From Candidatus Marinacidobacterales bacterium (lineage in GTDB: Bacteria > Acidobacteriota > Vicinamibacteria > Marinacidobacterales > SMYC01): a DNA stretch of 64,000 bases. The position numbers were made by a program, and so were the translations under genes. Location of the stretch: contig CBDCYI010000005.1 of the NCBI GenBank assembly GCA_965224085.1, positions 512,001 through 576,000 on the forward strand. The letters run 5' to 3'. Below the pieces are notes generated by a model. The model ran no database searches and had not been told where the DNA came from. It worked only from the letters and a program-made list of their open reading frames with translations. Below, one piece after another: positions 47,735 to 57,642 of this stretch (the stretch's first letter is position 1; each line of letters opens with the position of its first letter).

Positions 47735-50391
47735 GCGACACGAAACCCGACAACGCTTTCCTTGGCCTCGGGATGCAGAAAATTGCGACCCGCCGCCGAC
47801 AGATAGCGCTCGTCGTTGAAATAGGACCCGCCTTTCAACACACGCGTATGGGTCGTAAGGGGGCCCATGGGATTGACCGGCGTCGTGTTTTGCCGTGTTG
47901 GCGTCGAGCCGTCCTGGCACCACTCCCACACGTTGCCCGCCATATCGTAGAGCCCTTCCGGCGTCGCGCCGTCTTCAAAAGAGCCGACCGGCCTCGTGCC
48001 GCCATCCTGCCTGCGATTGACGTTGAAGTTGGCCGTGGCCGCGGTGGGAGCCCGCTCCCCCCAAGGATAAGGCCGCCCGGACGGGCCGCGGGCCGCGAAC
48101 TCCCACTGGGCCTCGGTGGGTAGATTGCCGCCGAGCCAAGCGGCATAGGCCATCGCTTCGTACCAGCTCACTCGCGTCACCGGATGGTCGTCGGGCGCTT
48201 CCGGATCATATTTCGGATCGAATCGCCGGTACTCGGAATTCGTAACCTCGGTGCGCTGAATGGAGAACCGGGAGACCCGCACCTGCCAGCCACCGTCATC
48301 CGCGGTCATCCCCAAGTCGAAGGCACCGCCCGCGAACGAGACACGCCGAAGCCCGACCGAACTGGGCGGTGCGGCGTAACCCGCCTCTTCGCAGAACCGC
48401 TTGACGAGCATGTTCCGAAGCTCCCGCTGTCGCTGTGTGGACGGCTCCCGTTCCAACGCGTCCAAAGCGACGAGAAGCGGGACGAACTCTCTCGCGGAGG
48501 CAAACCATCGCTCGTCGACACGCGCCAAAACTGCGTTCGAATCCTGGCTTCCCCTCACGAGGATATCCAAAGCTCCCACGACTTCCCCCGGGTCGCGGCT
48601 AGAAAGCCGTATCCGAAGAGCCTCGACCAGAGCATTGTTCGTCTCTTGAACTTGTTTTTCGCTGTCCTCGATCTCTTCTTGACGCTCCTCTGCAAGGCTC
48701 CGTTGCCGATCCGCTAGATTTCTCTGGAGTCGCGCGTCCTCGGCCGCGCTCTCGGCATCCGCCCGCGCGCTCACCGCCCCCTGCCGCTGCAAAACGGCCT
48801 CCTCACGCTGCGCATCGGCGATGCCCTTCAAGCGGGACGCTTCGGCCGCGGCTTGCTCGGCAAGCTCGCGCGTGTTCTCCGCCTCTCGCTGCTGACGTTC
48901 GGCCTCACGCCGCTCGGCTTCCGCGATGCCACGTTGCTCTGAAGCTTCCGACGCAGCTTTCTCGGCAGCCTCTTTCGCCGCCGCGAGCGCATCGGCTTGC
49001 TTCTGCGCGAAATAGGCCCAGGCCATGCCGCCGAGTGCACCCACCGCGAGCACGAAAACAAGGAATAGAATAGCGGCTGTCTTCAGGCTCTTTCGGTGAC
49101 GCTCCTCCACTTCGCGCACCGCCTCGGCTTCTCGCGCGCGACGGCGGCGCTCGTCCCGGCTAGTCGTCACTACTCCGGTGAGAAGGTCGTGGGTGAGCTC
49201 CAGAAGCTGCAAGCGCCCTCGCTCCTCGACACGCACGAGCCGCCGTCGTACCAGCTCTTCGATGTCGTCCTTCGTCACTCCCGGAACGCTCAAAGCTTCG
49301 TCATACACGACAAGATTGCGAAAGCCGCGCCTCGTGAGAAGTTTTTCCTCGACGAAAGTGCGAACCGACTCGCTGAGATCCGCGACGCTACGCTCGTAGA
49401 AACCGTGGAGGACCTGCTCTTGCGAACCCTCGACCATCTCGCCAGTGATCCGGGACTCGCGCCGTTCCTGGCGCTGGCTGTTCAGCTCTTGGCAGACGAC
49501 GCTCAAGAGTGCAGGCTCGACTTCGAGGTCAACGAGCTCCTCGTCTTTCTTCGCAGCGGCGACGAAACGCACGATGCTTTCGGCGACGTCAGGAGCGATG
49601 ATCTCCGGTGCCTGGTTGACCACCTGAAGGGCAGCCACACCGTTCATGCGTCCGAGACGAAAACGGTTATGGGCGATTCTGCCCATGCGCTCCCCGAGAC
49701 CTTCGAGGTCCGGAAGAAAATCCTCGCGGAGCGTCAAAAGAACTTTGTATCGGTGGCGGTCGAAAGCAAAACGGTCTGCTTCGCTCTTCTCCTGATTCGG
49801 GGGCTCCATCTCGAGCCGTGACTTCAGCTGCACCGGCGGCCGCCCTTCGACGAGGTCAGCGAGCTCAATGATGAACGCGTGCGTCGCTTGAGAGCGCGCC
49901 GGGTCGCGCTCTCCGAACGTGAAGACCTCTTCGAACTGGTCAAAGACGAGCAGAGGCCTCAAGACCTGATGCCGTGGGCTCCAAAACTCGACGTCGCTAC
50001 GGTGAAAATATTCCCAGAGCGTTTCTTTCGTGAGCGGCTCGGGTGCTTCGACGCGCGCATGGGCCGTCGCCTGCACGACGGCGTTCTTCACTTGAGCGAT
50101 AAGATTGGGTTTACTAGGCGAATAGTCTAGACGGATATAGACGGGGAACACGTTCTCGCGCCGAAGACGCGGGAAGAGTCCAGCCTGAAGAATCGAGGAC
50201 TTGCCGAGTCCCGAAGGCGAGAAGAGGATGGTTAGACGCTCGCGCTCCACCCGCCGAACGAGCATCTCGGACTCGAACTTGCGCCCGTGAAAATACCTCC
50301 AGTCGTCCTCGCCAAAGGGCAGCAGCCCCGGCCACGGATTTTCGTCGCTGAGCCCGACCCCGGCCGGAAGTGAGGAGGATTCGACGTTCAT
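47716..50391 (-). CDS. STAND-class (nSTAND1-like) ATPase - TM - coiled coil - FGE-sulfatase/SUMF1 domain protein
   Basis: NPWPGL..F...FHGR, SPSGLGKSS Walker A, LLVFDQFEE Walker B, TLREDF; TM helix; TEVTN.EY, PVT.VSW.EA, LPTEAQWEFAAR, GLYDMAGNVWEW, GGS, GFR. Confidence 0.85.
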   Translation of the reverse strand: MNVESSSLPAGVGLSDENPWPGLLPFGEDDWRYFHGRKFESEMLVRRVERERLTILFSPSGLGKSSILQAGLFPRLRRENVFPVYIRLDYSPSKPNLIAQVKNAVVQATAHARVEAPEPLTKETLWEYFHRSDVEFWSPRHQVLRPLLVFDQFEEVFTFGERDPARSQATHAFIIELADLVEGRPPVQLKSRLEMEPPNQEKSEADRFAFDRHRYKVLLTLREDFLPDLEGLGERMGRIAHNRFRLGRMNGVAALQVVNQAPEIIAPDVAESIVRFVAAAKKDEELVDLEVEPALLSVVCQELNSQRQERRESRITGEMVEGSQEQVLHGFYERSVADLSESVRTFVEEKLLTRRGFRNLVVYDEALSVPGVTKDDIEELVRRRLVRVEERGRLQLLELTHDLLTGVVTTSRDERRRRAREAEAVREVEERHRKSLKTAAILFLVFVLAVGALGGMAWAYFAQKQADALAAAKEAAEKAASEASEQRGIAEAERREAERQQREAENTRELAEQAAAEASRLKGIADAQREEAVLQRQGAVSARADAESAAEDARLQRNLADRQRSLAEERQEEIEDSEKQVQETNNALVEALRIRLSSRDPGEVVGALDILVRGSQDSNAVLARVDERWFASAREFVPLLVALDALEREPSTQRQRELRNMLVKRFCEEAGYAAPPSSVGLRRVSFAGGAFDLGMTADDGGWQVRVSRFSIQRTEVTNSEYRRFDPKYDPEAPDDHPVTRVSWYEAMAYAAWLGGNLPTEAQWEFAARGPSGRPYPWGERAPTAATANFNVNRRQDGGTRPVGSFEDGATPEGLYDMAGNVWEWCQDGSTPTRQNTTPVNPMGPLTTHTRVLKGGSYFNDERYLSAAGRNFLHPEAKESVVGFRVAWQESP

Positions 50392-51728
50392 GCAAGACTC
50401 GCGCTGCGATAGCTACGCTGAAACTGTACGACCTTCTCCACGAACTCGGAGCTCGGCCCGCCGTGCGGGAGGCTCTCCCACGGGGGCGCGCCGAAGTCGT
50501 TCGGGAGCACGTCTTCTGACGTCCGGACATCATCGACCGCAACCGGAAGAATGAACGGTCCCGAAGGCACTAGTCCTTTAGCCTCCAATATAGCCTCGAC
50601 CCAGTCGGGGCGGAAAAAGCGTCTCCGCGCGGTCGAAGCCCGCCGCGAAAGCACCGGCACGAAGAGCGCACAGCTGGTGACCACGTTTCGGAGCTTTCGC
50701 TCCCACTTGCCGCCCATATCCAAATCGTCATTGCCGAAGATGACATCCACTCCGGCCCGATCGAGAGCGTCGCGAATCGACTCGGCCGCGTCGCGATCGG
50801 CCTCCGCGTAGCTCACGAACACCGCCCCGGATTGCATGCCGGACGAGGCGACCAACGACAAGATGGAAGACGGCGGCTCGGACTCCTCGATCGGCGCGGA
50901 ATCGTGGACACGCCGGGAAAGCTCGTCGATGAAATCCAAAGCGCCCGCAGCGTGGAAGATCTTCGCGCCTCCTCCGAAATGCTGCAGCAAAACAACGTCT
51001 CCTCGCACGGAATTCTGTCCCCTCGTGGGGACCAAGTCGACTTTCGCCTCCAGGCGGCGGCCGCTCTTCGTATGACCCACGAAGAAGTTGATGAGCCAAT
51101 CGTCGAAACGGCTCCCAAGGACCAGAAGGTTGCTTCTCTTGAGCTTGTCCAGCAAGAGATTCGGAGCGTCCTCGCCTTTCGACTGCAAGAGCCGGACGAA
51201 CTCGCCAATATCTTCCCGGGTAACAGCGTAGCTCTGCGGCGTCGCCGAGAGACGGCCGAGTAGATGAAACACCGCGGGCCGGTTCAAGCGGTCGAACTCC
51301 CGAGGAAGATCCTGTTTGTCTGTGGGCGCATGGGTAAAAACGAGCGTTTGCCGCTGCTCGTCGAACCGTTCCTGATTGATCGCCCGCTCGATCAAGAAGT
51401 CAAACGTTGTCGTGACGTAAAGCTTGAAACTCGTGATCCGAGCAAGCTTCAACAGTGGCTCGGGCACCGCAAGCCCGTCGAGCTCCCGCAGCACGACGCG
51501 AAGACCGTGGTAGAGGTCCTGAACGTCGTTTGAGCCAGCAAGATAGCGCCGCGCCACCTCAAAGAGCTCTTCCCTGGCAGGCAAATCCCGCGCTGACACA
51601 CCCAAATACTCGGCAAGCCGCTCCGCAAGAAACGGATAAAGAAGCCTCTGGTCCCCCTCGTTCTCCACGAAAAGAAGATCCTGCCCCACCACCGGGACCA
51701 CCGACTCCTCTTCAACGAGCTGGATCAA
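50388..51728 (-). CDS. SIR2-like + TIR domain protein
   Basis: N-terminal VVPVVG, YVTTTFD, VFHLLG, LLVLG..F.DW (SIR2_2-like); C-terminal VFVSYA..D...CALFVPVLS...FILPVAVD (TIR_2); start uncertain (in-frame LFWEQL continues upstream). Confidence 0.75.
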   Translation of the reverse strand: MIQLVEEESVVPVVGQDLLFVENEGDQRLLYPFLAERLAEYLGVSARDLPAREELFEVARRYLAGSNDVQDLYHGLRVVLRELDGLAVPEPLLKLARITSFKLYVTTTFDFLIERAINQERFDEQRQTLVFTHAPTDKQDLPREFDRLNRPAVFHLLGRLSATPQSYAVTREDIGEFVRLLQSKGEDAPNLLLDKLKRSNLLVLGSRFDDWLINFFVGHTKSGRRLEAKVDLVPTRGQNSVRGDVVLLQHFGGGAKIFHAAGALDFIDELSRRVHDSAPIEESEPPSSILSLVASSGMQSGAVFVSYAEADRDAAESIRDALDRAGVDVIFGNDDLDMGGKWERKLRNVVTSCALFVPVLSRRASTARRRFFRPDWVEAILEAKGLVPSGPFILPVAVDDVRTSEDVLPNDFGAPPWESLPHGGPSSEFVEKVVQFQRSYRSASLA

Positions 51729-51867
51729 CTGCTCCCAAAAAAGCTCAGAATGAACGATCGCAAACCTCCTCCACGCTTCTAGTGCTCAATGCTCGCTCTC
51801 TCTTGACCTTGCCCCGAGCTCGCCCGGCGTGCCGTCGGCCCATTCGGGCCGGAGGAGCGAAGCGAGC

Positions 51868-51903
51868 AGCAGGGTGCAGATGACTTTTTCAGCACCCTGC
51901 TAG
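51868..51903. repeat. Inverted repeat resembling an IS/MITE end or a terminator
   Basis: AGCAGGGTGC...GCACCCTGCT stem ending ACTTTTTCAGCACCCTGCTAG. Confidence 0.45.
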
Positions 51904-52009
51904 TCCGTTCCAAAGGACTCTACCGAACCAGAACCCCCCCCCGCGCAAACCCATTACCCCAAAGCCTCCCGTCCCTTTTTGCGTGCCTTTCGTGGCATCT
52001 CGGCTTCGT

Positions 52010-53995
52010 CTAACGCGGCGCCCCTTCAATCCGCCCAGCCCCCTCGTCTACAAGGCTCTGATACCCCACATCCCCAAGGCTCCGATAAAGAGCAAGCGCC
52101 TCTCGACGCGCGCCCTGCTCTTCGAGAGCGCGCGCCCTGTTGTAAACGAGGTCAGAAGCATCATACGGCGCAACCGGATCGATGTTTCCCAACGCCTCTT
52201 CGAACGCGGCCATCGCACCCGCGAAATCGCGCTGTTCGAAAAGCTGAAGGCCGCGCTCAAGGGCGGTGTCTTCATGCTCCAAAAGAACATTTCTTCTGAA
52301 ATAAACGGGCCCGCCCGGGAAGGGATCGACAAGGGCGCTCCTGACTTCGACGAGCTCGCCATCGAGGACGGCCGCCGCACAATTTTCGTACACGACCTCA
52401 CCGCCGCGCACGAGACGGAGCCCGCTGCAGTCCTCTCCGGCGGCGTAGTAAAAAGCAGCGTCATCGCCCACCGCTTCGACACCGCGAGGAACGTCATCCT
52501 CCGGAGCGAGAAAGACGAGCTTCAAATCGTGACCATCATCCTCGAGCACGAAATTGAAGTGACGCAACCCATCGCTCGTTTGAAACGGTCGCTGCATCAG
52601 AACCTGTCGCGGATCGCTCTCGATGACGTGCACGAAGGAAAAGCCTCGAGCTGGCGGGGCCGTGCGGCGTACGTTCGCGTCGATCTTCCGGACCTCTTCG
52701 AGAAGACGATCACCGATATCGGTCCCGAGAAGTGCGAGCGTCCGGGTCTTCGAAGCGCTGGCGCCTTCGAGTTTAGAGAGGGCGGCCATGACTTCGAAGC
52801 CTACGTCGCGGCTTCGCGACCCGCGCGCAACGCGCTGGGCCAATCGCCGCAGCTGTTCGTAAAGATCGTCGAGTGGCGCGGGTCCCGCCTCGAGCTTCTC
52901 GATCTGGTCGATCCATTCGTACAGCGCGCGCTGCTCGTTGACTTGCCGCTCGAGCGTCACGATAGGAACACTCGCGTGCTCCGGTCTCTCCTCGGTCGGC
53001 AGGTCCGGATCATCGAGGAAGTGAAAGATCGCTTCCACGCGCCGGCGGATCTCGCTCGCGCGAAGATCCGGATACATGGGAATGCGGATCTGCGTGATCC
53101 CGCCGCGAGCGACGACGCGAAGCTCGCCATCCCCGTAAAACCCAACGCTCGGCGGCAACCCCGCGAGACGCCCAACGCCCACCGGGATCGCAAGCAGACG
53201 AACGATGCGCCGAGCGATCGGAAGCTCCGATTCTGGAACGAAAGCAGCGACAAAGAAAGGCGCGTCACGCTTCCTAGCTTCCGTGACGGGGACCATGAGA
53301 CCATCGAGCTGCTCGCTGCAATAACCGCAGGCGTCCACAGGAACGTAGACGACAAGACGCCCTCCGAGCTTGTAGAGCTCGCCTGTGTTCAAATTTCCCG
53401 CATCGGTCACGACTTGGAACGAGGGGAAAGCGCCCGGAAGCAGCTCGATGTCGGGGAACTTACTCTGAAGCTCGGGAAAACGCCGCGCGTCGAGGCTCGC
53501 TTTGAGCGCATTGCGCGAGCGGAACAACCCCGACTCGAGGAGTCTTGCTTCGAGGCCGATGCGGTCCGCTTCCGGACTCAGATAAGCATCGAGCACAAGC
53601 GCGACGCGCTCGGCCCCGTCCAAGTCTTCGTCGTCCGCCATCAAAAGAAAAATCTCGGGGTCGAGTTTCATCTTCGCCGCGCGCCTATAGGCTTTGCGCG
53701 AAGCGCGCCATTCTTCCTGGGCGGCCAACGCGTCACCAAGGGTTCGAAAATAGGCCGCTCGCCGTTCACGATAGGTCTCGCGCGCCTCTAGAATCATGTC
53801 CTCGAACAAGAGGCCTTTGTCGGGACGCGATTCGAGCTCTAGCTCGGGGAGGAAGCTCAACGAAAGCGCGAGCGCCTCGCGCGCCTCGGCTTCAGCACCG
53901 GCTGCATCTGAAGCTTCGAGTTTCTGGCGCGCATTCTCATGTGCCGTATCGGCGCTGGCTTGAACGAGAAGCGCCAGAACGACGAGGGTATTCAC
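52010..53995 (-). CDS. Secreted TPR protein with thioredoxin-like CxxC segment
   Basis: Signal peptide, N- and C-terminal TPR-like helices, central DACGYCSEQL. Confidence 0.6.
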   Translation of the reverse strand: MNTLVVLALLVQASADTAHENARQKLEASDAAGAEAEAREALALSLSFLPELELESRPDKGLLFEDMILEARETYRERRAAYFRTLGDALAAQEEWRASRKAYRRAAKMKLDPEIFLLMADDEDLDGAERVALVLDAYLSPEADRIGLEARLLESGLFRSRNALKASLDARRFPELQSKFPDIELLPGAFPSFQVVTDAGNLNTGELYKLGGRLVVYVPVDACGYCSEQLDGLMVPVTEARKRDAPFFVAAFVPESELPIARRIVRLLAIPVGVGRLAGLPPSVGFYGDGELRVVARGGITQIRIPMYPDLRASEIRRRVEAIFHFLDDPDLPTEERPEHASVPIVTLERQVNEQRALYEWIDQIEKLEAGPAPLDDLYEQLRRLAQRVARGSRSRDVGFEVMAALSKLEGASASKTRTLALLGTDIGDRLLEEVRKIDANVRRTAPPARGFSFVHVIESDPRQVLMQRPFQTSDGLRHFNFVLEDDGHDLKLVFLAPEDDVPRGVEAVGDDAAFYYAAGEDCSGLRLVRGGEVVYENCAAAVLDGELVEVRSALVDPFPGGPVYFRRNVLLEHEDTALERGLQLFEQRDFAGAMAAFEEALGNIDPVAPYDASDLVYNRARALEEQGARREALALYRSLGDVGYQSLVDEGAGRIEGAPR

Positions 53996-55173
53996 GCTTC
54001 CTCCAAAAGCTTCCCGAGACGCTCCGCGGCCGCGTCGAGCGTCTCCGTCTTCTTGCAGAACGTAAAGCGAAGCTTTTGAGCGCCGTCATCGGGAAGGTGG
54101 TAGAAGCTCGAACCTGGAACCGCGGCGACACCGACCTTCTCGATGAGATGACGGCCGAAGCCGACGTCATCGGGGAAGCCGAAGCCCGAGATGTCCGTCA
54201 TGATGTAATAAGCGCCTCCGGGCGGGTAACAACGAAAGCCCGCTTGCTCGAGGCTCTTCATGAGTATATCGCGCCGCACTTCGTAACCCTCGGCAAGCTG
54301 GTCGTAATACGAGGGCGGTAGACGGAGCGCCACCGCCGCTGCTTCTTGAAGCGGCGCGGCGGCGCCTACGGTGAGAAAGTCGTGCACTTTGCGGATCGCG
54401 CTCGAGAGCTCCTCGGAGGCGACCGCCCATCCGACGCGCCAGCCCGTCACGGAATAGGTCTTCGACAGGCTGTTGATGGTGACGGTGCGATCGGCCATCC
54501 CGTCGAGCGACGCCAACGGAACATGCCTAACACCTCCGTAAACGATGTATTCGTAAATCTCGTCTGTGATTGCGATGACATCCCATTTCTGACAGAGCGC
54601 CGCGATCGCCTCGAGCTCACCCCGCGTATAGACCTTGCCGGTAGGGTTGTTCGGCGTATTGATGATGATCGCGCGGGTTTTGTCGTTGAAGGCTTTTTCG
54701 AGCTCGTCTGCGTCGACGTGCCAATCCGGCTCGTGAAGCTTGACGTAGCGCGGGACCGCGCCGGAGAGGATCGCGTCCGGGCCATAGTTCTCGTAATACG
54801 GCTCGAACACGATGACCTCGTCACCGGGATCGACGACCGCGAGCATCGTCGACATCATCGCTTCGGTCGAACCGCAAGTAACCGTCAGATGAAGCTCCGG
54901 ATCCACGTCCATCGCGTAGACGTCGCGATAGCGGTCCGCGAGCGCGTCACGAAACGATTTCGCCCCCCATGTAATCGCGTATTGGTTGACGTCGCGCCGC
55001 ACGGCATCGACGGCGGCCTCTTTGATCTCGGACGGCGCGGCAAAGTCCGGAAAGCCTTGCGCGAGATTGATGGCATCGTGCTTCGCCGCCAGCCGGCTCA
55101 TTTCTCGAATGACCGACTCGGTGAATTGAAGGGCTTTTCGGGAAGCTAGCGGACGGGTTTGGGACTCGGGCAT
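53992..55173 (-). CDS. PLP-dependent aminotransferase class I/II
   Basis: INLAQGFPDF, NTPNNPTG, DEIY, SLSKTYSVTGWRVGW. Confidence 0.92.
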   Translation of the reverse strand: MPESQTRPLASRKALQFTESVIREMSRLAAKHDAINLAQGFPDFAAPSEIKEAAVDAVRRDVNQYAITWGAKSFRDALADRYRDVYAMDVDPELHLTVTCGSTEAMMSTMLAVVDPGDEVIVFEPYYENYGPDAILSGAVPRYVKLHEPDWHVDADELEKAFNDKTRAIIINTPNNPTGKVYTRGELEAIAALCQKWDVIAITDEIYEYIVYGGVRHVPLASLDGMADRTVTINSLSKTYSVTGWRVGWAVASEELSSAIRKVHDFLTVGAAAPLQEAAAVALRLPPSYYDQLAEGYEVRRDILMKSLEQAGFRCYPPGGAYYIMTDISGFGFPDDVGFGRHLIEKVGVAAVPGSSFYHLPDDGAQKLRFTFCKKTETLDAAAERLGKLLEEA

Positions 55174-55215
55174 GGCTTTATCGTTACCTCGGAGCGGTGG
55201 AAAGAACGAAGGATT

Positions 55216-57499
55216 TCAGGGCGCCGCGGCCGCGGCGACGTCCACCCCACCGTAGAGGCGACGATACAGCATCTCGTTTCGGAGCACCAGCTTGACGTAT
55301 TTGCGCGTCTCGTCGAAAGGAATTTCTTCGATGAAGACCTCAGGGTCGATGGACATATCCATCCCGGTCCAGCGCTTCACGCGATGAGGGCCCGCGTTGT
55401 AGCTCGCGAGCGCGTAGTCCACACGCCCGTTGAAGCGGCCGAGAACGTCTTTCAAATAGCGCGTACCGTAGCGGATGTTGATCTCTGGATTGTAGAGCTC
55501 CCGGGTGCTGTAGCGGCGGCGCTCCTGCCTCGCGACCTGGCGTCCGGTCGCTGGGATGAGCTGCATCAGGCCACGAGCTCCGGCGCGTGAGCGGACGCGA
55601 GGATTGAACGTCGATTCCTGGCGAATGAGCGCAGCTACGAGATAGGGGTCGAGACCGCGCGCGTTCGCGTAGTGGTCGATGTGTTCGCGATACAGAAGAG
55701 GATAGAAGAGCTCCCACACAGCACGCGGGAGCAAGTCGCCCGTCGCGGATGCGTGAAAAGGGAACGCCTCGCGTATCGTAATGATCGTTTGAAGCGGGCG
55801 TCCCTCGCTGTAGTGGATCCAGGCCGCCATCAGGAGAAAGGCCGCATCATCCCGCTGGCCCCGTTTACTATCGACTGCGGCCTCGGCATCCTCGAGCGCT
55901 CTTTTCGGAAGACCAACGGCCAGAAGCTCAGCGATCCGTTTCTGACGTTCGACGCGGTGAACGCTCATCGCGTCGGAAAGATCAATCCCTTTCCGCGCCT
56001 CCTCGATCGTCGCGATCGAGCTTTGCCGCCCCTTCATTTCAGAGAGATGCTCAAGCGCCCGCCGGCCATAGTAGGTATTCTGGTAGCCGAGCATGACCTG
56101 GCGGTACAACGCGTCCGCACGTTCGAACTCTCCGGCTTCCTGGTAAGCACGTCCAGCCCAGTAGAGAAGACGCGCGAGCTCGCCCGCCCGCGGCCGTTCG
56201 CGGCCGTTCGCGCGCGCTCTCTTCGAAGCCGCGTCCCGCCTCCTCGAAACGGCCACGACGGTAGGCGTGCCAGTGCACGCGCCATCGGGCGTCGAGCGTG
56301 TGCTCTCCCTGGGGGAACTGCTTTATGACCTGGTTGAAGCGGGTGAACGCTTCGTCGAGCTCGTCGTTCTCTTCGTAGTGGTCTGCGAGCCGCACCAAAG
56401 CCGCCGCCGTCCACTTGCTGTGGGGAAAGCGTCTCTCGAGCTCCGTGACACGCGCGAGTTGCGTCTTCTGGCGTCGAAGCCGCCGCGCGACTTGTGCTTG
56501 ATAGTAGAGCGCCTCGGGCGCGAGCTCGTCGCTCGTGACGCGCTTGAAGTTCGCAACCGACACGGTGAGCTGACGGCGTCGATACTGACTGACCCCCATG
56601 CGCAGCCGGACGAGATCGACATCGGCAACTTTGCGGTAGCGCTGCAGCAAGGACGCGTAGCCGTTATGGGCGTCGCGATAGCGCCCCTGCTCCATAAGAA
56701 TCCCGGCGCGTTTCATGCCGAGCTCGTAGTAACGAGCAGGCTCGACTTCGGGAAGTTTCTTACGAAGGCCCGTCAGGCGGCGTCCGCCATTATTCGCTCG
56801 ATTGTGCTGAGGGAGCTCGTAATAGAGCGTCTCGAGCACATCGACAGCGTCCTGGAACCGGCCGAGGCCGATGAAAAGATTCGATAACTCGTCGAGCGCG
56901 TCCCCGCGCGCCGCGTCATCGGTGCTTTGGGTCAACGATCCGAGCTTTCGAATGGCTTCCTCGCGCTCACCTTTGGCTTTTAAAATCCGGGCGTAACGAA
57001 GGCGCGCCTCGTCCATCAAAGGGAAATCCGGATGGGAAGCCTCGAGCGCAGCGATTGCTTTGAGCGCGTCCCCGGGCTTCGAGGCTTCGAGCTCTCGTGC
57101 TATGTAGAAGAGCGCGAAGCCTCCGAGCTCGGTGTCATCAATCTCCGGCGTGCGGAACGACTCCACAGCCGGAGCGATCCGCTTCCTCTCGAGCTGGTGG
57201 AGCCCCAAAGCAAAAGCGGCGAGACCGCGTGTGCGCGGGGACTGGCTTCGGTCGTTCGAGAGCTCTTCGAGCTGGGCGAACTTCTCATTGCGAGGCGTAT
57301 TACTTAATAATGTTGAGACTTGCCGCAGCGCCGGGGCCGGGTCACCCAACGGCGCCCACGGAAGCTCGCTTGGAGCCAGCGCCTCGGGCTGGGATGCGGG
57401 AGATGACGACGGGGACTGGGCGGCGAGCAGACCAAGAAGAACGATAGCGAACACGAGGAAGAAGACCGGAGCCAAGACCTTCCCCGACCCTAGATACAT
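55216..57499 (-). pseudogene. Soluble lytic transglycosylase (Slt-like, TPR + SLT), frameshifted by a 10-bp duplication
   Basis: C-terminal IRQESTF, ARGLMQL, ASYNAG, IPFDETR.YV; CGGCCGTTCG x2 at 56191-56210 splits ORFs 56051..57499 and 55216..56256. Confidence 0.8.
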
Positions 57500-57642
57500 C
57501 GGATTTCCCCGCGTCCCTTTCTTTGTTTAGACGGCCGAATCCGCCGGCCTCCCGGAATTGTATTCTTTGATTGTAGCAAACGCGCGGTCAAAAGCCTCAA
57601 AAACAGGAGACGAAAACCGCTAAAGCGTGTCCGAATAGGCGC

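Noticed and set aside
47716-47900. FGE-domain C-terminus as a diversity-generating retroelement variable region
   Set aside because: No reverse transcriptase and no template-repeat copy seen in the window; a remote DGR cannot be excluded.
51983-53791. 602-aa plus-strand ORF
   Set aside because: Antisense shadow of the TPR protein at 52010..53995.
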